This document shows positions 1 to 10,696 of a stretch of 56,301 nucleotides of DNA, piece by piece. Source of the DNA: Intoshia linei. Taxonomy: Eukaryota; Animalia; Orthonectida. The notes under the pieces were generated by a model. The model saw only the letters and a list, made by a program, of their open reading frames with translations. It was not told where the DNA came from and did no database searches. The position numbers and the translations under genes are program-made. The stretch is taken from contig LWCA01000091.1 of assembly GCA_001642005.1 (NCBI GenBank), forward strand, positions 1 through 56,301. Direction: 5' to 3'. Position 1 is the stretch's first letter. Every line of letters starts with the position of its first letter.

Positions 1-194
1 TAAGAGTCTGCCGTTCCTGAACGTTTGAGACGAAGTCTTGCTCTATCGCCGATAATTAATTTGAGTAACGCTACTTTTTTCTCCTCCTTATCATTTGCAA
101 GCGTGACAGTTAATTCAAATTTTTCTATCCAATCCTTTGGATTTTCTCTAAATTTTCCAAACAACTCTGGTAGTGGTTTCAATATATTGTTCAT
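1..194 (-). mobile_element. Ty3/Gypsy-type LTR retrotransposon gag, N-terminus (runs off left edge)
   Basis: Minus-strand ATG at 194 reads MNNILKPLPELFGKFRENPKDWIEKFELTVTLANDKEEKKVALLKLIIGDRARLRL..., matching the Gypsy Gag pattern F-G-xx-ENPxxWxExFE...KxALL...IGxxA. It is absent from the ORF track because it has no stop in the window. Confidence 0.75.
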
Positions 195-554
195 TTTGAG
201 AATTTATTTAAATTAAATTAAAATTATAATATAATGTAAGTGTAAAAACGATTTAGTAATTTTAATTCAAAACGATAAAACAAATAATTAAATAATCTAT
301 GGATACCATCTATAGTGAACATATGTTAACTACAAGTGGTTCTATAATTTAAAAAAAAGATTATTCGAATTGAATATTAAAATTAAATAAAACTAACCTT
401 AATATAATTTACGGAATTTCACTCTTGCATTCATTTTTAACTTTGTTATATAGAGAATAGAGTAAAGACAAAATAATTATACAAGGAGACGGTATGCCGG
501 AATAATAAAAGACCTCCATAAGCTTATACTGTAATTAATACAGACTGTGTAGAA

Positions 555-809
555 CAGTGGTGCAAAAACTTTCTACCAATTCAACCGCAAAGCTACTTTA
601 CTCATTGATACTACGGTCGCACAAAATTTGTTTTGACACTGAGAAGGTTTAAATCTATTTTGAGAAAGTGGCCAAAGTCAAAAATGTAAAGTTTTGATAC
701 AAATATTTACTAAAATTGAATAGTACTTGAATAAAACCTAATTTAAACTTTTCAATTTGAAGTAAAATAATATATTGCATCATCCACAGCCGCAGGTTGT
801 GCACCCCTG
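555..809. mobile_element. hAT (Charlie/Buster-like) MITE remnant
   Basis: Left end CAGTGGTGCAAAAACT and right end AGGTTGTGCACCCCTG form an imperfect TIR of the CAGGGGT type. No TSD is preserved. Confidence 0.6.
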
Positions 810-934
810 GTAAACTTGAAATGACTTATGAAAAATACATTTTGTTACAATGACAAGTGTAGTTGACAATTGCAACTTAAGTTTATATAATAACATTGTA
901 AATAAATTTTTATTCGTATCTATAGATTTTATTA

Positions 935-945
935 ATTATCGAACA
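935..945 (+). promoter_or_regulatory. ATTATCGNNCA start-proximal motif (ATTATCGAACA), 6 nt before the Fcf2 ATG
   Basis: The same motif occurs before the MRPL12, RRP1 and TFB2M-like starts. It has a DRE-like TATCG core. Confidence 0.45.
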
Positions 946-951
946 TATTTT

Positions 952-3900
952 ATGGAAGCAAAATTTACAATATGTGGTAAAGATGATCAAATTGATAGGT
1001 ATTCATTTTTAATAAAGTGTAATATGCATTTTATGGGTTATATTGTCATCCAAATAACATTGAATTTAACAATTAAGCTTAAAAAGTAATTTCAATTATT
1101 GAGTTTATATTAATATTACATTTAATATACTCCAATAAGCATTAACATTTAATTAATCATTGAACACGATTCATTAAAATATATAAAAATTTGAAGTTTT
1201 TAACAAACGAAGCAGGAATTTAAGTTTTTCTAAAAAAAAATTAAGACACGAAAATAAACGTATTAAGATTATGTTAGTTATTTTGTGTTAATTACTTAAT
1301 TGATTAACGCAATTAGTTAATGAGTCATTTTCAAATTAGTCTCGGATCGTTTTTTTTAAAATTAAATCTAATCTACCTGGTATGTTTTTTAATTTTTATT
1401 GTTTATTTAACACCCTACTGTACCTGTATGCTTTTTTATTTTTCGGTGAGCAACAGGATAACATTCCATTTATTATTCTACCTAAATTATAATTTTTTTA
1501 AATAATACGTTTAGTACCATAAAACTAAAATCATATATCAATTTTGATAACTTGAATCTAACGGATGAATATAAAAAATCTCAGAAAAGTAAGATTGATC
1601 AGGTAATTTTTTTAATCTTTTATATCATAAATAGATTTTCAATCTCACTATGATTATTAAACTGCTACGCGAGGGGTTTTTAGAGAGTATGAAATATAGG
1701 GAGGGTATACGTTTCATACGCTGATTAACGTGGTCTATTTAGTTATTTTCAAGGTATATCCATTCTGTAAATCTCAGTCGGACCTGTGTTGACACGGATA
1801 AATTTGATCAACTATTTGTCAAATATTTCATTTGAAAGGTTAATTCAAATTTAATACAAAAACATTTTTTTATGCAGTAAAATTACGTGAAAATCAAAGT
1901 TAAGTTTTAATATAAATCGTATTTCAATGAGATTTAGTTTAGTAATTTATTAGTAAATCTAATATTTCGTTTTTAATATTAGCAAAAATGAAAAAATCAT
2001 TTATGAAAATAAAAACACAAAAATGGTCAATTTTTCCCCATTATTTTGATCATTTTTTAATTGTCACTTTTTTAAAGTCACTTTTACATATATTCTAGAA
2101 ATATAATATTTTATAAAAATATATAATTTTCGATAATATAATTAATGAAGTATAACCGTGGCAATACTGGCCCGCCGAAATTTATAGAAATGGAGATAAA
2201 TTGAAAAATTAAACGCGTTCAGCGCATTAAATGTGTACTCGAGTTATATTTTGTATGCCTGATAAAAAAGAAAAGCTTCGATTTGTATAGCACAGTAATC
2301 TATGTCCAATGAATATATGGTGTAATGGACCATATTTTATGTAACATTGAAAGTATCCAAATTTATTGTTTTGTGGCAACTTGCAATCATGTTAGATTCG
2401 TCATTAATTTTTGCTATAATCATAATCCTTACTTATATAATATGCTTTGTTTGTCTATGTGTGTTATCGTTTGTTTCAATGACTACCAGTCTTAGAATTT
2501 TATAAAGTCCACATTTCTATTACAGTTTTTTTCGGGGTGTTAGTAAGATAAATTTCAACCTTCCAAACTCACATCTTACGTGTCAAAAAGTCAAATTGTC
2601 CTTTTTTTTGAAAATCAAACGAGTTCGAAAATTTAAAAAATATGCTTTGATACGGATTTTAAAATTATAAATATTATCATAAATTTAAATCTAAAAAAAA
2701 TATATCTTCAGGGCCAAAACCCAAATTACCCTTTTTTTAATGAAAACAGCCCTAGAATTTCAAAAAAATTACAGGTGGTACACTTGGTACCAAAATTGGC
2801 GGTATTGAGAGGCCTCATTGTATCATGTTAACACACATAAAAAATTTCAATCTGAATAAGTGACACCTTCACGGTCAAAAAGCATTTTAGTATTTATACA
2901 TTTTTATTCAAAAATATTTTATTAAAACAAAAAATGTGAAATAATTAACGTCCGAAAATTAAAAAAAAAGATTTTTCTGATACAGCTTATTCCAGTTGAT
3001 ATAAATACGAAATTTTAACTTCAGAAATCTACGCATTCCCGGTGAAAAATAATTTTTAATATATTATCAACCAATATTATTGATATGTTTTGATTAATTT
3101 GTAAAATAAAAATTGAAAATGTAAATATTGATCCGACGATTTCAAAAAAAGGTGGATTGAACGTCTACACATTTCCAATAAAGAAATGTGGGTGAAAATT
3201 TATATAATTCTATATATTACAGAAAAATCTGTCTGTATTTATAATTGTATCATATAATAATTTAGTTGATGAAAAAAAGCATTTTCAATGTAACATATGA
3301 TGGACAATTTTTACCAAAAGACATGAAAAAACCCAACAAGAAAGATAAATTGGTATAATAATCATTATTTAAGTGATCTCGCGCAAAGTTTAAATCGCGA
3401 CATTGTCAATTTAGTATGATTTTTAATAATTTGTGCATTTTGTATAGTAGTTTAAAAGTGAAAATTTTCATAGTTTTTATTATGGTGTTTGTCGGTTTGT
3501 TGGCTCATTTGAGAATCAAAAATAGTGGTACCCCAGCAATTTATTGATTTATGTGATTACTTTATTTTTCTTTATTTATTTTTATTGACAAAACATTTTT
3601 GAAATACTGATGCACTATATTACCGAATTCGAATTTATATGTATCATTTCATTTTAACTTTACGCGATTGGATAGTTATAATTTTAGAAAAATAAGGAAG
3701 AAAAAGAGATGAAAGATTGGTTTTCAATGAAAACACCGTTCTTGTCCTTCGAAGCTAAAAATGATTTAAAATTACTGCACATGAGAAACGTTTTAGATCC
3801 AAAAATCAATTACAAAGCAGATAAAACAAGTGAAATACCTAAACATTTTCAAATTGGAACTATTGTTTCTAGTAATGCTGATTTTTATTCAAGCCGTTTA

Positions 3901-4548
3901 ACCAACAAACAACGTAAACCAACTCTTGCAGAAGAAATACTGTGTGATTTTGATAAGAAAAAGTAATATAATATTTTATAACCACATCCAAATAGTAATT
4001 AAGAAATCTAGACCAGTCGACACAGTGCATTGTGTACCACTGCAGTGGTAGATATTAAAATTATAAGGGGTTCATCGAAATTTTAAGGAATGATTGGTAC
4101 CACGAAATTATTATATTTTTAGGGGTGATGGAGATTTTATATTGCGAATTTGGTTTCGGACCCCTGATCTAAGGTTATAGTATTCATTCATTTACGACAT
4201 TCTGTCAGTCATTAGAAATTATTTTCATTTAATCCAAAAAATGGTTACCCAATTCTTCTAAATGAAAACCTTATATTCCAGTGTTTAAGGTGAATAATAA
4301 TGTATAAGTGGGGATAGTAATTACATATTCTTTAATTATTTTAAAAACTGTACAAGTGAAATTTAAAATTTTAAAATACGTTACTCACAGGTTAGCCTTA
4401 CCTTAAAACAATTTTTATTCCAGTTTGATTTTATTTATATTTAGATAAATTTAATTTTAGACGCTTGAAAAAAAAGTCCAGTGAAATAAAATATAAAAGC
4501 ATACGAAAACAAAGAAAACCCAATTTTGTAAATAGAAATAAAATGTAA
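952..4548 (+). CDS. FCF2: Fcf2 pre-rRNA processing domain protein (DNTTIP2/TdIF2-like); exons 952-998, 1515-1602, 3688-3962, 4461-4548
   Basis: Exon 3 carries the Fcf2 signature WF.M...KNDLKLLHMRNVLDPK..YK...PK.FQIGTIV....DFYSSRLT.KQRK.TLAEEIL. All introns are GT-AG with compatible phases, and the gene ends in a basic C-terminal tail. Exons 1-2 rest on phase compatibility and are less certain. Confidence 0.85.
2426..3210 (+). mobile_element. Non-autonomous Helitron subfamily A, 5' part (in Fcf2 intron 2)
   Basis: Begins a|TCCTTACTTATATAATATGC followed by a TG microsatellite. Shares the diagnostic GTGACGCCTTCACGGTCAAAAAGC block with the other copies. The 3' end is missing. Confidence 0.8.
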
Positions 4549-4568
4549 AATATCCTTGCCATTTTCAA

Positions 4569-4579
4569 ATTATCGTTCA
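4569..4579 (+). promoter_or_regulatory. ATTATCGTTCA motif, 2 nt before the MRPL12 ATG
   Basis: An identical 11-mer lies immediately upstream of the RRP1 ATG on the opposite strand. Confidence 0.5.
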
Positions 4580-4581
4580 TC

Positions 4582-5442
4582 ATGTTTGTAAAAAGATTGA
4601 CAGGGTTAATAAATAAAAATACATTTTTATAAATATTTACAGATTAAAAAAATTTACACAATATGTAAGTGTAAAATATATGAGCACATCAGAAGCGGTA
4701 AAAACACCCGATATGGGTGAATATAAAGATGTTAAAGATAAAGAATTTTCTCCAAAAATTGTGCAACTTGTTGATAAAATATCAAAACTTAATCTTGTTG
4801 AAACCTGTGACTTAAATGAATTGTTAAAGGTACAATTAATTGATAGTTTCAACTTTCTATTTAATTAGACTAAATTGAATATAACCGATTCAATGATTGC
4901 CCCTCAAGCAGTAATGGCTCAAACAGCAGAGGTACTTATTTAAGATAATATATTTTTGATATTTTTTAGAAAACTGAAGAAGAACCGATAAAATCGGCTT
5001 ATAATGTTAGATTAGTAGGATTCATACCAGAAAAAAAAATTAGCATTATTAAAGCAATCAAAATTTTAATGCCTGAATTAAACCTTGTTCAAGTAATTTA
5101 AATTTTTTTTCAGATCGACTCATCTCAAACCTTAAAATTTTTATTATAATATTTGGAAAAATATTCTGCTTGTCCAATAAAACATTAGTTGTAATTTTTA
5201 ATTAGAATTTTCATAAAATTTGTCATAAACTTTGATTAATATCCTTGATAGTTAGATACCATAAAATTCGAGGGAAATCATCTTTCCTAGAATTATCGTT
5301 AATGAAATGATTAATTTTAATGTAGGCAAAACAATTCATTGAATCTACGCCACAGTTGATAAAAAGCGATTTATCTAAGGAAGAATCCGATGCTTTGCAA
5401 CAAAAACTGGAAACGGCTGGTGGAAAATGTCATATTGACTAA
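4582..5442 (+). CDS. MRPL12: Mitochondrial ribosomal protein L12 (bL12m); exons 4582-4604, 4643-4829, 4869-4931, 4970-5092, 5326-5442
   Basis: FSPKIVQLVDKISKLNLVETCDLNELLKTKLNI is the L12 N-domain. KISIIKAIK..MPELNLVQAKQFIESTPQLIKSDLSKEE...LQQKLETAGGKC is the L7/L12 C-domain. Introns are 38, 39, 38 and 233 nt, all GT-AG. Confidence 0.93.
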
Positions 5443-5462
5443 TTTAATCTGTACAATACAAT

Positions 5463-6302
5463 TTATTTATTTTTTTTAAACTTTTTTTTTGTTCTTCGTT
5501 TTGTGATAATTGTAGGTAAAAGTTGTTGTTTAATTTCATTGTAATTAATCTTCTTGTGAGTATTCTCAATTTTTTCCGCAAGAGATTTAAAATATTTTTG
5601 TTTTTTGGGTATCAATAGTTCTGATTCCGAAATTTCATTAAAAAGTGTAGTAAACTTATCACTATCAATTGTTAAGCCGTCATTGTCATCCAAAAAATAA
5701 CAGAAAAAGTGATCTCCAATGAGTTGATACGATTGTTTAGATTTTATCATAAATTGTAACATTGTGTTCATAATTTCCATAACCAGGGAATGCTCCAAAT
5801 CGGCTATTGCCAATTCTTCGGCAACTATATCAATAGTATGTGATATTAAACCATTTATATATCTATTCGTAACAGAATCGACTAAAATTTCACTAAATAT
5901 ATCATCTAAAAACGTACATACATCGTGGTATTTGGAAAATAAGGTTTTATACACACGTCTAACATACATCATAAATTTATCAATCCTTAAATAATCAATT
6001 CTGTTCCATTGACAAGACAGGACAGTGAAAAACTGAATTGTCCAGCCTTTACAGGTAAAAATATTTGAATCTATAGATTTTGAAATAATTTCACAAATGC
6101 TGTCTACCAATTCTTGCTGCAAAATTGGTTTATCCTGCATCCATAATGTAAAGAATAAGCCTGAACACAAATATTTCAGACATCCGTCGTGTATTGGTAA
6201 TTTTGAAAATTGTAATGTATCTTTTAAGGTGTTTATGGTGGTTAATCGAATTTTTTCTTCGTTTGAAGAAAGTTTTCTACATAATTTTTGCATTTCATTC
6301 AT
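5463..6302 (-). CDS. RRP1: Ribosomal RNA processing protein 1 (RRP1/Nop52), single exon
   Basis: Nop52 motifs KLSSNE..IR, GLFF.LWMQDKP.LQQEL, QWNRIDYLRIDKFMM.VRR, plus a Lys-rich tail. The first ATG is at 6302; the track start at 6344 is a TTG. Confidence 0.92.
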   Translation of the reverse strand: MNEMQKLCRKLSSNEEKIRLTTINTLKDTLQFSKLPIHDGCLKYLCSGLFFTLWMQDKPILQQELVDSICEIISKSIDSNIFTCKGWTIQFFTVLSCQWNRIDYLRIDKFMMYVRRVYKTLFSKYHDVCTFLDDIFSEILVDSVTNRYINGLISHTIDIVAEELAIADLEHSLVMEIMNTMLQFMIKSKQSYQLIGDHFFCYFLDDNDGLTIDSDKFTTLFNEISESELLIPKKQKYFKSLAEKIENTHKKINYNEIKQQLLPTIITKRRTKKKFKKNK

Positions 6303-6313
6303 TGAACGATAAT
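6303..6313 (-). promoter_or_regulatory. ATTATCGTTCA motif abutting the RRP1 ATG, inside the 36-bp RRP1/MRPL45 divergent spacer
   Basis: Plus strand reads TGAACGATAAT at 6303-6313. Confidence 0.5.
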
Positions 6314-6338
6314 ATATTATTGTTTTTTGATATTTGAA

Positions 6339-9300
6339 ATGCAAAGATTATTGGTAAGTTTAAAGTAAAATTGTCATCATTTTTTCATAGAAAACGTTTA
6401 ATGCGAGGATAATTTACCAAACCAATAGACACATTGCGAATCGTCATTATTTGTTAAAATTCCGTAAAATGCGGGCTAAAAAAGTTTTGCCTGTAAGCTT
6501 TTTTCGTTTACCATTCATTTCCATCGATTTTAGATTGATTTACCTGATTTCCAAGAAGCTAAAGATGCAGCTTCAATGACAATTGAAGAAATGAGATCTA
6601 AATCTAAAAGAGATGGCATTACTGATCCCGTCACTTTTCAAGAAAGAAATATTAATATTACCAATAGCGGTTTTATTATCTTATATTATTATTTTTTGTA
6701 ATGGTTTCAAATTCGGTTGTTTGAAAGAAAGCATTAAGCATAAGTGTGGGTCCAACACTTAAAAAAACCAATTTAATAATTTAAATATATTGAGCAAAAT
6801 TATTATTATTGTTATTTTAATATTAATTACCATTAAAGTTTTATGTAAACTTATTTTTAATATATGGTTAAAGTTACCCAGAATTCTGTAAAATTTACTT
6901 GGAAAAAGTCTGCATTATACATATCTATATCTGTCAGGAATCTGACTCAGGATACCTTTCTAATCGAAACTTTCTATAAATGTAGACTTTAAATTTCTTT
7001 AAAAGTTTGGTAATTAGTAATTACTAATTGACTATTATAATAGTCAAGGGTGGACGATTTTCTGGTACCAGCCAATTTTTAAAAATATATAAATCACTAA
7101 TTTATAAAAAGTAAATCGAATACAATGACGCTTGTGTGTCTCAGAAATTTTTAATGCTTAGAATAGTGGTTCCCGATTAAAATAGTGTATGGACCCCAAG
7201 AAAGCTTGAAATATAAAACATTTATGATGAAATGAAATAAAAATTTAGTAAAATCGTATTTTTCAAAAAAATATTGAAAAAAAGAAGATTTTTACCTTAA
7301 GGGTTTAAAATGGTACTTTTTATTAAATTTTATTAATAATGAGATAAAGTGGGATTTTTTAAATAATAATGTACTGGTCGTCTAGGATTTCGGATAAATT
7401 CCCAACATCTGGCAAATTTGTAATAAATATTAAAAATGAAGTTGACAAATTTTTTTTATATTTTATTTAAATTGAAGAGATTTTACCTTAACTTAATGCT
7501 TAAGTCTTGGTAAAATATAATTGTTTATTTTAAGGTAGAATTAATAGGTTTTTCTGACAATGTTTTTTGTAAAATAGCCGGAAGTCGATTTTTACATAAA
7601 GGACTGGAAGTGGTATTTTTCATTGAATATTATTACAAAACTAGCCACTGTTTGTACGAAGTATTAACCAGCTAAACTAGTACATTATATTTACGACAAA
7701 TATTTTGAAATAATGCCCGTAAAATTATTAATCTTCACGTTTTCTTTTGTGGTCCGACACAGGCCATAGTATACAATATATGGCATAGAACAGTCATGAC
7801 AAAAAGTGTATTTTCGTGTTAAAAATACAGAATTTAAAAAATATCCACCTTAAAAATGAAATTTACAAAAAAGAAAAAAAAATTAAAAAAATAGATCCCA
7901 TGAATAAACACGGTTCACTTGTGTATCATTAAAATCTACAAATTATGTTCAATGAACATTTTTCATTCCATTGAAAAACTTGCTAAAATATTAATTGTAA
8001 TGTTACTCATTTTTTTTCAAAAAGATAAAGTATTTAGTTTTGGTTTCAATTGATGGGCGGATTAACATTTTATAATTAGAAAACCAGAAAATAATTTTCG
8101 ATTACAATTTTAAAATTAACACAATTGATTTGATTTCCATCACTGTCATAAATTATTGAATTGAAAAAACAAATTATTTATACATTTAATTTTTTAATAT
8201 TATCATTTAGGATTAGTTATTGATGAATATAAACCCCAAAAATCTGAAGGATATGTGACTTCTCTAAAATCTGTAATTTTAAAATTTTGTTTATTATATT
8301 ATTATTTATATTTTAATTATAGTTGGGTGGTTCCTAATGTCTCATTGGCAATGAGGATCCGTAAATTGTATTGAGGCATGATTTCTAAACTATGTTGTTT
8401 TTTTGTTTGTTTAACGGTTAAGTGGAAATATTCGTCTACCTTACGATATTAAAAATATTACATTAAACCAGCGTTTTCCAAGTGGTGATCGCTCAAGATC
8501 GCTCGATTTGCGGTTCGCAAAATTTTTTTTTTCTTTTTATATGTAAATTCTTTATTTAAATTTTAAAAAATAAAGACTGAATTGCTTCTATAGATCAGTG
8601 TATCTTAACCTTTTGGGTGCACTTATGAAATATATAAAAATTTTGGGCACGTTAAAATAATAAGGATTACGAATCCAATCGGTACTGTTCAGTGTTTATT
8701 GATTGCAATTTGCAAATAATGAGTCAGATTGATTTCCTAGTTGTTAAAAGATTTATTAAATTTACATTACATTTTGTATTCATTTTTTAAATGAAAAATT
8801 CTGCAAAACTGTTTCCCAGTCCTTTTGGTACCATTGTTTATAAAAAAGCCAAATTATTATTATTTTTGGTTAAATATTTAATTCGCATTATTTTAGACAC
8901 CAAAATATAGCGTATCTTTAATAAAAGATAAAGTTGCTACTCAACGAGCGTTACGGAACATTCGACATGTTGACCCAGAATTTAATATAAAAAATTTTAT
9001 GCAAGAAGCTCATGATATTTATTTTAAAGTGATTGAACTGTCCAACGACTACCCGAATACAGAAGAAGAACTTTTTAACTATGTCACTGAATTGGCTTAT
9101 CCAGTATTATATAGTTTTTTTTATAGAGACAGGGACTACACCTATAACGTGTCAGTTCATTTTCTCAAAAATACTTTTTGGAAAAATTTTTTTTGAAATC
9201 CTTTTTGTTGGAAGATTTTTTTTGTGTGAAGTATGTGTAAATGTTTTTTTTTTCGGTACGCGAAATAAAAACTTTTTCGTCTTCTAGGTCAGGGATTTTC

Positions 9301-10439
9301 AATTTGGGCGATATCGCCCATTTTGGGCGATTTATTTTCAGAGTAAACTTATTTTCTTAATTGATATTATAATTTTCTTATTAACAATTTTATAAATTTT
9401 TATATTAAAATTATTAATACAAAATATTAAATTTTGTTGGTACTAATAGTTTAGACATTTTGAGATTATAGTTTTGATTCGTTTCTAATTCATTTCTGCA
9501 AAGTCTAATAAAAATATTGTTATTATGCAATCAAGCAATTTGTTAAAACTCCAATTTTAAAAATTCGGTTAAATATACTATATCATAAATTATTATAATG
9601 CACAAAATGATTAGTTTAAACATTTTTTGCTTGTTTTTAATTATTAAGGAACCCATGATAAATTTTTTTGGAATGGCGATAATCTTGAAAAAATATCATT
9701 TTTTGCATCTAGGGGGCGATAGTAAAAAAAGGATTGAGAATTTTTGCTTTAGGTAGTTAATATTTCATGTAGTATAGTGGTAGTATATAGGATTGCATCG
9801 TTTTTGAAAAAAGTTTTTAGAGTATGGTGTCCAATGCGCACTGCCCATAGGGTATAACACTGAAGTGTTTTTAGTAGTACTATTATTGAGCTATTTTTTT
9901 AATTTAAATGGAATAAATGGTTCAATACCATTATAAAATATTATATTTTTAGATTTAACCGAAAGATTTTAACTTTTAAATAAATATAAATTTTTTTTTG
10001 ATAATTATTAAACCTTGTTAATTAAAAGTGTAATTATAATTTTTAGAATTTTATTGATTCAATGCGTTATCAAACCGTTGTTTGGAAACTAGTGAACATG
10101 CTGGAAGCACCAAAACTTATACAAGTTAGAACCGTTCCAATTCTTAAAGAATCTGCTGCATTTTCTCAAATTACAATAAAATTTTATTCTAAACAGGTAT
10201 GCTTTAGAAAGATAATAAAAGAATTAATTGAGAATTAGAAACTTGCAATATACGACAGATTTGGTCGACTAATTGCTGGGTCGCCCGATTTTGAGCGTAC
10301 TGTGTTGGAATATATAGTATTTGAAAAACCATTAAAATACGACTACAGTTCATGGAGAATTCATTCAAAAATCAATCCAATAATGGAAAATGTCAATACT
10401 ACCATATCAAAAACTACATTCGTTAATTCTACGCAATAA
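6339..10439 (+). CDS. MRPL45: Mitochondrial ribosomal protein L45 (Tim44-like domain); exons 6339-6353, 6391-6492, 6534-6669, 8211-8272, 8897-9103, 10047-10196, 10239-10439
   Basis: Spliced product contains [69 protein letters not shown]...VLEYIVFEK...WRIHSKI, which are classic MRPL45 motifs. All intron phases are consistent. Confidence 0.92.
7641..7680 (+). mobile_element. Isolated Helitron 3' terminus
   Basis: CTGTTTGTACGAAGTATTAACCAG...CTAG|T matches the family 3' hairpin plus CTAG. Confidence 0.55.
9290..9746. mobile_element. hAT MITE in MRPL45 intron
   Basis: CAGGGATTTTCAAT...GGGCGATATCGCCC at the left and GGGGCGATAG...ATTGAGAATTTTTG at the right. Near-TSD ttctaggt / ctttaggt. Confidence 0.6.
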
Positions 10440-10696
10440 ATTGTGATTTGCAAATTTTTCATTTTTGTGTTATATTAATTAACAATCAATTAACTTTGTA
10501 AATTACGTTAACTGACTTGGCTATTTATCAGCATTATTATGTAGTCACTATTTGACCCAAAAGATTAGCCTAATTATAATTTTTTTTATAGAAGGAATAT
10601 ATGTAAATCACCAGGTAAATATTGATTAATAATGTTCATTTTAAACTACGTAAAACAGATTACAATGTTGATTGTCATATAGTTTTCAATTTTGTA

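Noticed and set aside
25-216. Plus-strand 63-aa ORF
   Set aside because: It is the antisense shadow of the gag frame on the minus strand.
1636-1890. GC-richer patch in Fcf2 intron 2: extra exons or a C/D snoRNA (ATGATTA ~1650, CTGA ~1721)
   Set aside because: The splice combinations I tried ran into stop codons. There is no terminal stem or recognisable rRNA guide. Left unresolved.
5764-6312. Plus-strand ORFs inside RRP1 (and minus-strand ORFs in NSF 13427-13742 and dynein 55714-55923)
   Set aside because: Antisense shadows of real coding exons.
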